Assembly (NCBI GenBank): GCA_947458155.1
Contig: CANGZM010000001.1
Location: forward strand, 1 to 51,628
Direction of reading: 5' to 3'
Origin: Synechococcaceae cyanobacterium
GTDB taxonomy: Bacteria; Cyanobacteriota; Cyanobacteriia; PCC-6307; Cyanobiaceae
Length of the DNA: 51,628 bases
Shown: piece by piece, positions 19,820-28,974 of the stretch
Numbering within the stretch: the stretch's first letter is position 1
Layout of the letters: each line of letters opens with the position of its first letter
The notes under the pieces: model-generated
Seen by the model: the letters and a program-made list of their open reading frames with translations, nothing else
What the model was told of the DNA's origin: nothing
Database searches by the model: none
Translations under genes and position numbers: made by a program

Positions 19820-20894
19820 CATGTCCGCAGAAGCACTGGAAAGCGCTTATTTTTCGAGGTGCCCAAAATATCTTATTTTTCTTGATTTAATAATATAAAT
19901 AAGTTTTCTGAGGTATTTTCTCTTTACTCGATGTCTTTGATTCACTAGATTTGATATCGGATAAAAGGCTCTGTAGTATCTCTGTCTTGCGTTGCAGCTT
20001 CTGTTCTTGCGCCTTGAGATTTTGTGTCCGTTGCCGCAAGCGAGAGAGCTGTATGGAGGCGATACCCATATTCGCCTCCGTAGATGGTTTATAGAATGGC
20101 CATTACCCCTTAGTCGTTTCATGGGGCCACTTGCCAGCGGTCTTGTCAAACCCAAACACTGAGAGCAGGTCTTTCAGTCTTTCGCCTGGCAAACCCAGCC
20201 AGATCGCATCCAGTACTTGGTCAATAGGGGGGCTAAGCCGTGCCAGCGGTCACTCGAAGCTCTTGTCCCAGAGGAGGAAGATGGGCTCCCACAAGGCGCC
20301 CCACCAGGGGGTGGTTAGAAACTCACAAAGAGCACTCAGTAAAGGCTCCAACACCTCCCAGAGGCGCCTGATGGACGTTGAGCGCGACAGATTCCTGTTA
20401 CTGTAGGTACGATCTTTAGGCAATTACTGTTAGTGCCACGTGCTGCCCAGTAAAGGTAGTTTCACTCCCTTTGCAGGCTGGCCCGGTTGCTTTGGGTGGT
20501 GCATGTACGTCAGTGATGGCACCGAGTAACGGCAGTGACAGAACCCGTCTGCCCCCCTTCCCGAAGTCCTACCCGATCTGACTCTGGCCAAAGCGTCCGA
20601 CCGCTGAATTTTCAGCAGTCGTAATAGTGTCAAGGCCAGAATTACCACTTTGGCACCGTAGAGAGCCGAGAATCGAGCAGTCCAGGGGCAACCCGCCTTC
20701 CTGGCCGATCCCCTGACACACCTGCGTCAGCGTTTCCGGCTATTGACCGGGGGGATTGGCGCAAAATTCCGAAATCTTGCCAGAACTGACGTTTCGTTCA
20801 TTGGAAGCCTGATCAAGACCTCCAGAGCGTCAGATATGAAGAACCCCGGCTTCCCTGGCGGCGGGAGTGTCGCCGCCCTCTCAGGAAAGAGTGC

Positions 20895-22097
20895 TCAAAG
20901 CGTCCCTCTTGGCCACAGCACTCCCGTGCTCGGTCTGGTGCTGGCGCCTCCAGTTGCCCCACCCCCCTGGAGCTGCTTGGCGTAGAGGGGGTGCTGGCGG
21001 ACGCCTGGGGCACCGAGCGCCGCGGTTGACCAATCAGTCAGAAAGTCCGGGCCGGTGGCTGGTCCCATCGCGACCGGGCCTGGCGTGAGCAGGGGGCAGA
21101 AGCTGAGGCGGTCCGAGATCGTGGTCCAGGGCAGGGAAGCGACCGTGTCCCAGCCCGGACGGGGCTGCGTATCGGGTGGGTGCAGGTACCAGATGTCGGT
21201 GGCGCCGCTGTAGGCCGCCGCAAGTTGGTAGAAGGTGCCGGGTCCGCCGGGATTGGTTACCCGGCCCAGGCGGCGGGGGTCGGTGTGCTGGTTGCTGCCC
21301 AGCCAGAAGCAGTCCGGCAGCGCGATGCGGGGTTGCATCGTGCCGTGGCTAAAGGCACCCGTCCCTGAGGCGCCCACGTAAAGGCCACAGCCGCGAATCA
21401 GCTGCTGTTCGTTGCCCGTCGGCGGCAGCGGGATGATCGAGGCCGCCACCATTGCGTTGTTGCTCCAGGTGTAGCTGTTCAGTGAATAGAACATGCCGGC
21501 GTAGGAGTTGGAGCGGTTGAAAATCACACTCCAGCCACTTGCCGCCGGGGAGCGGTATAGTAATAGGGTGTGATTCTGGGTGTTGATATCAGTGCCGGTC
21601 GGTGCAATGGTGTAGCAGAAGAATTCACGGCCTGGTGTCGTATCAGCCTGAATCAGCAAAAAGCCGGCCAGATCCCAGGCCGGTGTGCCATCCGGAGCGT
21701 AGTGCGACATGCCGGCATTGACGCTGAACAAGGACGAGGAGAAGCTGCCGTAGCCGCCATTGCTGCTGTCGTTGCTGTAGGTGCTCTCAAGGCCCAGTTG
21801 CAGGCGGGCAGAGCCACTGCTGGAGTTGTAGCCCTGCACCTTGGAGCTATTGGAGAAGCTCAAAAGCACCGGCGTCTGCGGATGGCCCAGCCGCCAGACA
21901 TAGCCGTAGGTGATGGCACCCGTCGCGGCGCTGTGATCCTTGATCACCGACAGCGGCACCAGGGCATTGGCCGGTGTGGCGTTCACCTCCGCCGAGAAGG
22001 CATTGAAGGCCTCCGCCAGCTTCATGCCCGGTGCAGTCGCCTGCTTGCTGGTCCAGTTCCAGAGCGGCCATTGCAGGGCGGAGCAGGTCAGTGGCAT
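20895..22097 (-). CDS. Putative virion structural / receptor-binding protein (paralog A)
   Basis: 400 aa, Ser/Gly/aromatic-rich; last gene of the fibre operon; shares motifs with 22104-22973. Confidence 0.6.
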   Translation of the reverse strand: MPLTCSALQWPLWNWTSKQATAPGMKLAEAFNAFSAEVNATPANALVPLSVIKDHSAATGAITYGYVWRLGHPQTPVLLSFSNSSKVQGYNSSSGSARLQLGLESTYSNDSSNGGYGSFSSSLFSVNAGMSHYAPDGTPAWDLAGFLLIQADTTPGREFFCYTIAPTGTDINTQNHTLLLYRSPAASGWSVIFNRSNSYAGMFYSLNSYTWSNNAMVAASIIPLPPTGNEQQLIRGCGLYVGASGTGAFSHGTMQPRIALPDCFWLGSNQHTDPRRLGRVTNPGGPGTFYQLAAAYSGATDIWYLHPPDTQPRPGWDTVASLPWTTISDRLSFCPLLTPGPVAMGPATGPDFLTDWSTAALGAPGVRQHPLYAKQLQGGGATGGASTRPSTGVLWPRGTL

Positions 22098-22103
22098 GGG
22101 GGT

Positions 22104-22973
22104 TCAGTTGGTCGGGTCCTTGAGACGCACCACCAACCGAGAGGGGCCGAGCTGCAGCCACTCGCTGCCATCGGCCGCTTTGAAGTAGCCAAAGCTGGAG
22201 AAGGTGCGGTTGTAGATCGCCAGGTCAGCGGGCAGCACCACCGGATCCCACCACTGCACCGGCGGCAGCGGTGTGGTGTACATGGTCGTTGGGGTGATCG
22301 GCAGCCACTGGGCCGGGCGCACCAGCATCAGTGGCAGCGCTGATGAGTAGAAGTCAACGCGAAAGGCAGTGGAAAGCAGCAACTGGGGCCGCGCCAGGTT
22401 CCAGGCCACGGTGGCAATCACGCCGGCCATATCGGTGAGCGACAGGTGCCATTGGCCTGAAACCACATCCTTGGCGATCAGCAAGGCCACCGCCTGGCGG
22501 TTGGAGAAAGTGTGCTGGGAAAAGGCAAAGCAGAAGAACTCCTGGCCTGCCGCCAGGCTGGAGGCCACCACCGCCCCCAGCGGCAGCGGTTGAGGCGGCA
22601 GGGTGATCAAAGAGCTGGTGCTGCCTACCCCGCTGCTGAGGCTGCCGTGGCCGCCCAGGGCAGGGCCCGGCGTGAATCCCGCCGCCAGGGCGGCATGGGT
22701 GGTCACAGCGCCAGTGGTCAGATTTGCCACCCACTGGTTGATCAGCTCCACCGGTTGGCCGCCGCTGAGCGCCGCCAGCCTCGCGCGGATCGTCCAGCCG
22801 CAGAAACCCGGCGCCCCGGCAGGGCCGGTGAGCACACTCAGCAGTTGGCTTGGGTTCTGACCATTGGCGGCATTGATCCAGGCCGTCAGCAGTGCATGGA
22901 CCTCAGCAAACAGGTCAGGCAGCGCAAAACCCTGGTCCCCCCGGCGGCTGAGATCGTTGATTGTCGCTGCCAT
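22104..22973 (-). CDS. Putative virion structural protein (paralog B)
   Basis: 289 aa; start overlaps upstream stop; GGHGSLSS and GQEFFCF motifs. Confidence 0.6.
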   Translation of the reverse strand: MAATINDLSRRGDQGFALPDLFAEVHALLTAWINAANGQNPSQLLSVLTGPAGAPGFCGWTIRARLAALSGGQPVELINQWVANLTTGAVTTHAALAAGFTPGPALGGHGSLSSGVGSTSSLITLPPQPLPLGAVVASSLAAGQEFFCFAFSQHTFSNRQAVALLIAKDVVSGQWHLSLTDMAGVIATVAWNLARPQLLLSTAFRVDFYSSALPLMLVRPAQWLPITPTTMYTTPLPPVQWWDPVVLPADLAIYNRTFSSFGYFKAADGSEWLQLGPSRLVVRLKDPTN

Positions 22974-23407
22974 CAGCCGGCCACCGAATCGTTGAGCACC
23001 AGGGCCAGCACCGCCAAGTTGGCGGTGTGGGCGCCAGCCAGCTCGGTGCGCAACCGTGCCCAGAGCCGCTGCTGCAGGGGGCTCTCGCCGTTGCTGTAGC
23101 TGCTGCCCGGCGCCAGCTTGAGGGTCGGCGTTGCAGCTGAGAAGCGCAGATCGAGCAGCACACCGGCAGAGGGCGGTGGATCCTCCCCGATCGGCCTGGC
23201 TGCATCGGCCGTACGCGCCGCCATGGAGTCGTAAAAGGTCACCCAGGCCGCCGCCGTGCAGCTCACCTCCAGAAAAAGGCCATCGACACCAAGGGCCGCA
23301 AAGCTCAGGTCCACCACCGAGGGGCCATTCAGGGGCCCACTGCTCTGCTGCTCCAGGGCCCGACGGGGCGTGTCGATGCGGGGCACCCAGCGGGGAGTGG
23401 CCGTCAT
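22973..23407 (-). CDS. Hypothetical structural protein
   Basis: 144 aa with TGATG overlaps on both sides. Confidence 0.65.
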   Translation of the reverse strand: MTATPRWVPRIDTPRRALEQQSSGPLNGPSVVDLSFAALGVDGLFLEVSCTAAAWVTFYDSMAARTADAARPIGEDPPPSAGVLLDLRFSAATPTLKLAPGSSYSNGESPLQQRLWARLRTELAGAHTANLAVLALVLNDSVAG

Positions 23408-24669
23408 CAGGGGATCACCTGGATCTTGCGGATCGCCCGCACCGTCTGGGCGATCGTCTTGCCCAGCGGATCCCAGTTGCCATAGAACCAGTCCTGCACC
23501 TGGTGGGTGGTGGCCGAGTCCTGGGTGGAGGTGCCCATGCCGCCGGCAAAGAAGGCCTGGGCCGCCCCATCAACAAACAAGGGGAAGGCGGTTTGGGCAG
23601 GCACCGAAAGGGTGTAGTTGGCAGCGGCCGGCACCGCATAGGGGTTGGCGCCATGACTGGTGCCGTTGCCCTCGCTGCTATCCGGCTTGAAGCGCCGGTA
23701 AAGAATCTCCAGCTCAAACAGCGCCGGGATGTACCAATCCGAGAAGGTGGCGATGGTGAGTCCCCTTGCCCACTGGGTGGCCGGGTGGGCGGCGTCGTTG
23801 GCGGCGTTGCTGTTCGCCCAGCCATCGAAGGTGCTTGATGCCCCCGTGGTCGCGGTGTTGCTGGTTTTGCAAGCCCGGCTGCTCTGGCCCGTGGACTTGG
23901 GCGCAATGATCAGGGCGTGGGTGGCCACCCCATTCATGCTCTGGGAGATCAGCCCGCCGTAGTAGCCGCCCTCATAGGCCGCCCCAATCGCCGGCAGGCT
24001 GGCGACTGGCGTGCCGCTGGCCGCGACATTCAGTTTGTAGACGTCTCCGTTGCTCTGATCGAGGTACAGATCCCCCGTGAGCTGGCCGGGGATCGAGACC
24101 GGCGGCGGGCCGCTGCCCACGAACCAGCCCGTGCCCCGGACACCCTGGACTCCAGCACCGCCGGTGGCGCCGACTGGCCCCTGGATGCCCTGCGGTCCAG
24201 CAACACCAGTGCTGCCGGCAGGTCCAGGGGGTCCGGTGGGGCCAGCGGGTCCCACTCCGCCGGTCGGTCCAGCCGGGCCAGCGGGGCCTGAGATCGGACC
24301 CGCATTGATCCAGGTGCTGGTCGATGCGTTCCAGCTGTAGAGGCTGTTGTTCTCGTTTTGAACCAGGTAGGCATCGCCTTGCTGCCGGTTCGCAGTCGGC
24401 AGGGCGGCGAAGTTGGCCACACTGCCCTTGAGGTTGATACCGGTGCCGGCGGTGCCCTGAGGGCCAGCAGGACCCTGGGGGCCCGCTGCTCCCGCACTGC
24501 CGGCTGGGCCGGTGGCACCTGCCGGCCCCTGGCTACCGGCCGGACCAGGCGAACCCTGGGGACCCGCATTTCCCTGGCTGCCCGCTGGGCCCGCAGGGCC
24601 GCTGGGGCCAGTCGGTCCAGGCACACCTTGCGGACCGCGGATCGAGCCGGTGTTCGCCCAGGAGGTCAT
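23407..24669 (-). CDS. Collagen-like fibre protein with C-terminal DUF1566/Lcl-like (C-type-lectin-fold) domain
   Basis: Two long Gly-X-Y tracts; [15 protein letters not shown]...TSTQ...VRAIRK C-terminus. Confidence 0.8.
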   Translation of the reverse strand: MTSWANTGSIRGPQGVPGPTGPSGPAGPAGSQGNAGPQGSPGPAGSQGPAGATGPAGSAGAAGPQGPAGPQGTAGTGINLKGSVANFAALPTANRQQGDAYLVQNENNSLYSWNASTSTWINAGPISGPAGPAGPTGGVGPAGPTGPPGPAGSTGVAGPQGIQGPVGATGGAGVQGVRGTGWFVGSGPPPVSIPGQLTGDLYLDQSNGDVYKLNVAASGTPVASLPAIGAAYEGGYYGGLISQSMNGVATHALIIAPKSTGQSSRACKTSNTATTGASSTFDGWANSNAANDAAHPATQWARGLTIATFSDWYIPALFELEILYRRFKPDSSEGNGTSHGANPYAVPAAANYTLSVPAQTAFPLFVDGAAQAFFAGGMGTSTQDSATTHQVQDWFYGNWDPLGKTIAQTVRAIRKIQVIP

Positions 24670-24694
24670 CTACCCAGCAGGTCGTTGTCACGAG

Positions 24695-24708
24695 CTATTG
24701 CCATTGAT
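24695..24708 (-). promoter_or_regulatory. Shared upstream motif ATCAATGGCAATAG (copy 1)
   Basis: Identical 14-mer at 27016-27029; both lie 25 nt upstream of an ATG. Confidence 0.55.
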
Positions 24709-24916
24709 GATTCCGGGCCGCCAGCAATGCGGCCGCGACGGGGCCAACAGCTACTGAACAGGCTCCGCTCCGGCCCTTTTCATGGTCGGGGGGCGCCTCA
24801 AGGGTGATACGAGCCCGCCGCTGGGGTGTTCGGCTGCGCTTCGCTCCGCACTTCTGTGGAGGACGGGCCCTTGACCCGCCCCCCGCCGGCAGAGAGGTCC
24901 TACGCAAAGCCTTCCC

Positions 24917-25102
24917 ATGGCTTCTCTGTCCCGCAAAGCCCGCCTGCAGCGTTATTCCTGGCCGTTGCTGGAGGGGCTGGCGTTCTGCAGCGAGCGCTAT
25001 CCCCGGCTTTCTGAGCTGGCGGCCCAGGTGCTGTTTGAGCAGCAGGCAGCCCGGCCGCAGGCACCGGTTGTACCGGCGTTGGAGGCACTCATCCCCTTCT
25101 GA
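24917..25102 (+). CDS. Small hypothetical protein, counter-oriented
   Basis: 61-aa ATG ORF in a gap between structural genes, followed by a GC hairpin and T-tract (about 25105-25157). Confidence 0.5.
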   Translation: MASLSRKARLQRYSWPLLEGLAFCSERYPRLSELAAQVLFEQQAARPQAPVVPALEALIPF

Positions 25103-25326
25103 GTTCAGCCCCCAGGCGGGGCCCCAGAGGGGGGGGGCTGGGAGCCTTCTTTTTTTGGTCGCGGGACGCCAGACGCTTTGCTGGGCAGCGGGCATGATGC
25201 GCTACTGGCTGGGGCCGGAGCCATCACGGTCGGCGAGGGGGAGGGCTGCACCGCTGCCCCGGCTGTCTCGCCCCGGTGGGTCGCTACAGCCGAGGCCTGA
25301 CGCGGGTGTTCCTCGCCTCTTTTGTT

Positions 25327-25539
25327 ATGGCCTCCTCTTTCCCCTGCTGCGAAATCCGCCAGCTGGTGGTGCATGTCTATCCCACTGGCAGCAAGGCGGG
25401 CGCTGCAGAGCGCATCACCGTCTTCTATGGCCGCCGTGGCAGGCCGGTTAAAAAGCCCCGTTTCATCCCTGCTGAGCTGGCCCATCAGTGGGCGCGCAAG
25501 CTGCAGGCCCGGCGCCTCGGCACCGTCTCGGTGCTCTGA
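25327..25539 (+). CDS. Small basic hypothetical protein, counter-oriented
   Basis: 70-aa ATG ORF (VFYGRRGRPVKKPRFIP) in an otherwise non-coding gap. Confidence 0.55.
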   Translation: MASSFPCCEIRQLVVHVYPTGSKAGAAERITVFYGRRGRPVKKPRFIPAELAHQWARKLQARRLGTVSVL

Positions 25540-25704
25540 GGCTCGGGGGCTCTGGCTAAGCCCCGGCGGGTGTGCGGCTCGCCTGGGCTTTCCCGGCTGA
25601 CGTTATGAGCAACGCGCTTCAAGGGTGCAAGTACGGCGTAGTTGTCGTCAGCCCCTCCTAACTGTGCTGTTCTGCTATTGGTCTGGGCCCTCGGACCCTG
25701 CCCC

Positions 25705-25950
25705 TCAAGCCAGCACCCAGGCACTACCGCTCCAGAAGCGAAGCGGTTTGGGGATCCAGCTGCTGCCGGTCCAGACCTTGACGCTGATCGGTTGAAAGCC
25801 GCGATCGATGCCGAGGTAGGTCATCACGGCGCCAGGGCTTGTCGCCCTCAGGCCGTAGAACTCGTCGCTGATGATCAGCCCAGCAAGTCCCTGGTCCCAG
25901 TTGTCCATACCGCCGTCGAACGGCTGGATTGGGTCCTGGCGTCTGCGCAT
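25705..25950 (-). CDS. Small hypothetical structural protein
   Basis: 81 aa; tandem VWTGSSW/FWSGSAW motifs typical of fibre proteins; 3 nt from the upstream stop. Confidence 0.6.
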   Translation of the reverse strand: MRRRQDPIQPFDGGMDNWDQGLAGLIISDEFYGLRATSPGAVMTYLGIDRGFQPISVKVWTGSSWIPKPLRFWSGSAWVLA

Positions 25951-25953
25951 GGC

Positions 25954-26772
25954 TCAACCCACCGCCAGCTTGAGCAGGCCCCGCACCGCGCCGGTGCTGG
26001 TGGTTGAGCAGAACATCAGCAGCGCCAAGCAGGCGTCATTGGGCACCACCGGCAAACCCAAACCGGCCCAGTCGCGGATTTCGCTCTTGTTGGCCACCAG
26101 CGTGGTGGTGCCGGTCAAAAAGCGACTGCAGGTCACTCCAAAGGACCCGGCGGTGCCGGTGCTGGCGCTCAGCAGAACACTGTTCACCGCCTTGATGCCT
26201 GTTTTGCCGGTGGCGGGCAGGATCGGATAGAGGCCAGAGGCGCGGCTTGTGGCCGCCAGGGCGATCACCACATCGCCGGTGGTGTTATCGGCATAGGTCA
26301 CGTTCACTGTCGCGTTGACGCCCGTGGCGCCGGTGTCGGTGTACCACTCCAGCCACCAGGTGAGCTCGGAGAGATCCGTTGGGCCGATCCGATCGGTGGA
26401 AACGCCGGTGAGATTGAGCGGCAGGTTGGTGGTTTGTGCCGTGGGAGAAGCAACAGTGCCGGAAAGGCCGCCCTGGTGGCAAAGCCGGTCATGGACGCTG
26501 AGGTTGGTGGCGCTGTTGGCCGTCGCCACCTCCAGCCAGGCCAGATAGGTGGCTACTGGCGCGGTTTGGTTGGTGAGCGGCAATGCTCCGGTGGTGGCCC
26601 TGGTGCAGACCGCCGCTGTGGTGGGGATGGCGCCCTGGCCGGGCACACCGGTTGCGCACCAGAGTGAATGGAAGCGGCCGGCCACGGTGTTGCTGAGGCT
26701 GGCCTTGTCGATCAGGGCATTGCGCGAGAGCGTCAGTGCTGCAATCAGCTGGTCGCGGCTTGTGATCGCCAT
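25954..26772 (-). CDS. Thr/Ala-rich putative virion protein
   Basis: 272 aa; coupled to the upstream ORF by a TGATG overlap. Confidence 0.7.
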   Translation of the reverse strand: MAITSRDQLIAALTLSRNALIDKASLSNTVAGRFHSLWCATGVPGQGAIPTTAAVCTRATTGALPLTNQTAPVATYLAWLEVATANSATNLSVHDRLCHQGGLSGTVASPTAQTTNLPLNLTGVSTDRIGPTDLSELTWWLEWYTDTGATGVNATVNVTYADNTTGDVVIALAATSRASGLYPILPATGKTGIKAVNSVLLSASTGTAGSFGVTCSRFLTGTTTLVANKSEIRDWAGLGLPVVPNDACLALLMFCSTTSTGAVRGLLKLAVG

Positions 26773-26990
26773 CAGTTGGTGTCCACCCAGAGGTCATGGA
26801 GCTGGGGATTGGTCGGCGCCGTTGGCCCGACGGTCAACCTGGTGGTGTTGAGCTTGAGGTTGAGCGCCTGCTGCAGATCGGCTTGGGCGCTCAAGGTGCC
26901 GGTAATGCCACCCCAGACACTCGGCCCGGTGGGTCCAGGCAAACCCTGGGGTCCCTTCAGTGACAGCCCGAGGGCGCCCCAAGACGTCAT
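26772..26990 (-). CDS. Short fibre-adaptor-like protein
   Basis: MTSW start as in the collagen fibre; GPQGLPGPTGP, WGGITGTLSAQADLQQAL and PTAPTNPQLHDLWVDT motifs. Confidence 0.65.
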   Translation of the reverse strand: MTSWGALGLSLKGPQGLPGPTGPSVWGGITGTLSAQADLQQALNLKLNTTRLTVGPTAPTNPQLHDLWVDTN

Positions 26991-27015
26991 CCACTCCACC
27001 AGCAGTTCACGCCTT

Positions 27016-27029
27016 CTATTGCCATTGAT
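27016..27029 (-). promoter_or_regulatory. Shared upstream motif ATCAATGGCAATAG (copy 2)
   Basis: Same 14-mer and same ATG spacing as 24695-24708. Confidence 0.55.
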
Positions 27030-27070
27030 TGCTGCAGCCCACCAACGCGGGCCTGGCTCTGGCCCTGGCC

Positions 27071-27862
27071 TCAGACGATCAGTTCGAACACCTGGCCATT
27101 GGTCCGGTTCAAATACAGATCGCCCGGCGCCGGTGGTGGGTTGAGCCCCTCGCTCGGTGGTGGCCCATCGCCCGCATACCAGCGGGTGCCGCGGCTGGCA
27201 GCGCCGGAGCCGTTCATCACCACCAGCGCCGGCTTGCCATCAACCGGCGAGGGCAGCAGCGCCAGGCCGCCCTGGGGGTGGAGGCGCAGCCGCCAGAGCT
27301 CGGCGCGGCTGCCGTTGTAGGCCAGCCCATCGAGGCCGTCGCTGGGGACCAACGGCTCCACACCCGCCAGGCTGCCGCCACCAGCGCCATTGGCGCCGCC
27401 AGACGGGGAACTTTGGATCATGTTGGGCGGCAGGGGACAACCCAGCAGCGCCACCGGCAACGTGGCGATGTTCACCCCCATCGTCACCGTCACGATCAGG
27501 TCCAGCCGCTGCCCATAGACGTGCCGCACCTTGGGCACATCGGGCCGGTAGGGCGTCCAGGGCACGGTTTCGCTTGTGCCATCGCCCCAATCCACCTGAA
27601 AGCCCTGGGCCGGCAGCCCCAGCGGGTTCACCGCCAGCTCGATCGGCGCTGAACCGAGTGGATCATTCCAGCGGCTTGGTGCCGGCATCCAGAACAACTC
27701 CAGCGGCAGGGCCGGCACTGGCCCCAGCCGATAGCTTAACTCCAGCCAGCGCGGTGCTTCATGGGCGAGTACCCATTCCTCGCTGCCGGGGCAGCCCAGC
27801 GGCGGGATGATCCGCAGCCGCCCGTTGGTGTTATCGATGCCAGTGGGCAGCGGGTATGGCAT
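27071..27862 (-). CDS. PKD/Ig-like domain virion protein
   Basis: VDWGDGTSET...HVY PKD signature; C-terminal GDLYLNRTNG module. Confidence 0.7.
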   Translation of the reverse strand: MPYPLPTGIDNTNGRLRIIPPLGCPGSEEWVLAHEAPRWLELSYRLGPVPALPLELFWMPAPSRWNDPLGSAPIELAVNPLGLPAQGFQVDWGDGTSETVPWTPYRPDVPKVRHVYGQRLDLIVTVTMGVNIATLPVALLGCPLPPNMIQSSPSGGANGAGGGSLAGVEPLVPSDGLDGLAYNGSRAELWRLRLHPQGGLALLPSPVDGKPALVVMNGSGAASRGTRWYAGDGPPPSEGLNPPPAPGDLYLNRTNGQVFELIV

Positions 27863-27877
27863 GGCGATGCTGGTGGA

Positions 27878-28495
27878 TCAGCCCAGCAGATCCAAAGGCA
27901 AGGCCGGGTGATCGTCCTGGGAGTCAGGTTCCGCCTCGGCAGGCAAGCCACCGGCGGTTAGCCGCTCTGCGGTCAGCCGCTCTACAGCCATCCGGTCGGC
28001 CTCGGCCACCAGTTCCGCTTTGGTCATGCCCCCATCCAGCGCCAGGCCGTAGCGGCGCTCCACCTCGGCGATGATCTGGGCCTTGGTCATCGCGCCGTAA
28101 TCAGGCAGTTGCTCACCAGGCTGCGGCTCATCAGGCACCGGCTGGCCGGGTTCCACCAGGGGCTGGTCGTTGTGGTTCTGCTCAATCACCGCCGTGCCAG
28201 GGGCAGACGGAGGCAGCAAGAGGCCATCATCATCGGCGGGCGCAGGGGTGGGGGGATGGGCCTGCCAGCCCAGGGCCACCCAGCCATCGATATGGCAGGG
28301 GAAGCAGAACTCGGTCTGCTCACCCTTGCTGAGGCGGACCATCCCCTCGGGGGCCGCCAGGTTTAGCAGGGAGTCGGCAGCGGTGTTTGGCATCGGCAGC
28401 GTCGGCTCAGGGTCGTGGGTCAGGGGATGGGGTGGCGCCCAGGGGGAGCCGGGTTCGGTGGGCCGTTCCAGTTGGCCCTCAGTGGAGTTGCTCAT
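27878..28495 (-). CDS. HeH/Rho-N-like domain protein downstream of capsid genes
   Basis: DYGAMTKAQIIAEVERRYGLALDGGMTKAELVAE. Confidence 0.6.
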   Translation of the reverse strand: MSNSTEGQLERPTEPGSPWAPPHPLTHDPEPTLPMPNTAADSLLNLAAPEGMVRLSKGEQTEFCFPCHIDGWVALGWQAHPPTPAPADDDGLLLPPSAPGTAVIEQNHNDQPLVEPGQPVPDEPQPGEQLPDYGAMTKAQIIAEVERRYGLALDGGMTKAELVAEADRMAVERLTAERLTAGGLPAEAEPDSQDDHPALPLDLLG

Positions 28496-28499
28496 CGGC

Positions 28500-28925
28500 T
28501 CAGGCGCGGCTGAGGCTGACGTGGGCGCCAGTTGGCGTCGATGGCGTCAGGGTTGCCCGGGCAAAGAAGAAGCAGGGATCGACCACATTGGCCAGATCAC
28601 CGGCGGCGGGCACCAGGGAATCACCGCTGATCGTTGCTTCCACCTGGCCGCCAGCGGCGGGGATCGCCACGGTGGCGGCCGTCACCCAGGTGCCGGTGGT
28701 GCCGTCCTTGAGCAAGGGCGCCACTTGCAGCACCGCTGTCACCGCAGCAGCGGCTCCGGGGTGGGAGAAGAGCAGGGTGAAGTGCTCAGTGCTATCGAGC
28801 GGCACGCTCAAGCGCACAATCTCAGCACTGGCGCGTGTGCGCTCGAACGGATCGAAGGCGCTGTTGTTGATCCAGCCCACCAGCGTGGTGGCGGCATCAA
28901 TCAGCTTGTTGCCGGTAGCGGTCAT
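28500..28925 (-). CDS. Putative capsid cement/decoration protein
   Basis: 141 aa, beta-rich, directly after the capsid gene; size and position recall the BPP-1 cement protein (inference). Confidence 0.5.
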   Translation of the reverse strand: MTATGNKLIDAATTLVGWINNSAFDPFERTRASAEIVRLSVPLDSTEHFTLLFSHPGAAAAVTAVLQVAPLLKDGTTGTWVTAATVAIPAAGGQVEATISGDSLVPAAGDLANVVDPCFFFARATLTPSTPTGAHVSLSRA

Positions 28926-28974
28926 GGTCGTGTCCTCAGGAGAAACAGATCGGGGGGGTATGGCCTTGTTGGCC

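Larger units (their letters stand above)
18615..19864 (+). mobile_element. IS5-family insertion sequence, intact
   Basis: Perfect 14-bp terminal inverted repeats GGGCACCTCGAAAA / TTTTCGAGGTGCCC; A-rich flanks consistent with a short target duplication. Confidence 0.93.

Noticed and set aside
19887-20400. Short minus-strand ORFs and a stop-interrupted Trp/Leu-rich frame
   Set aside because: Could be small genes or a pseudogene, but evidence is insufficient
24130-24640. GC-rich 9-nt periodicity
   Set aside because: Collagen Gly-X-Y coding
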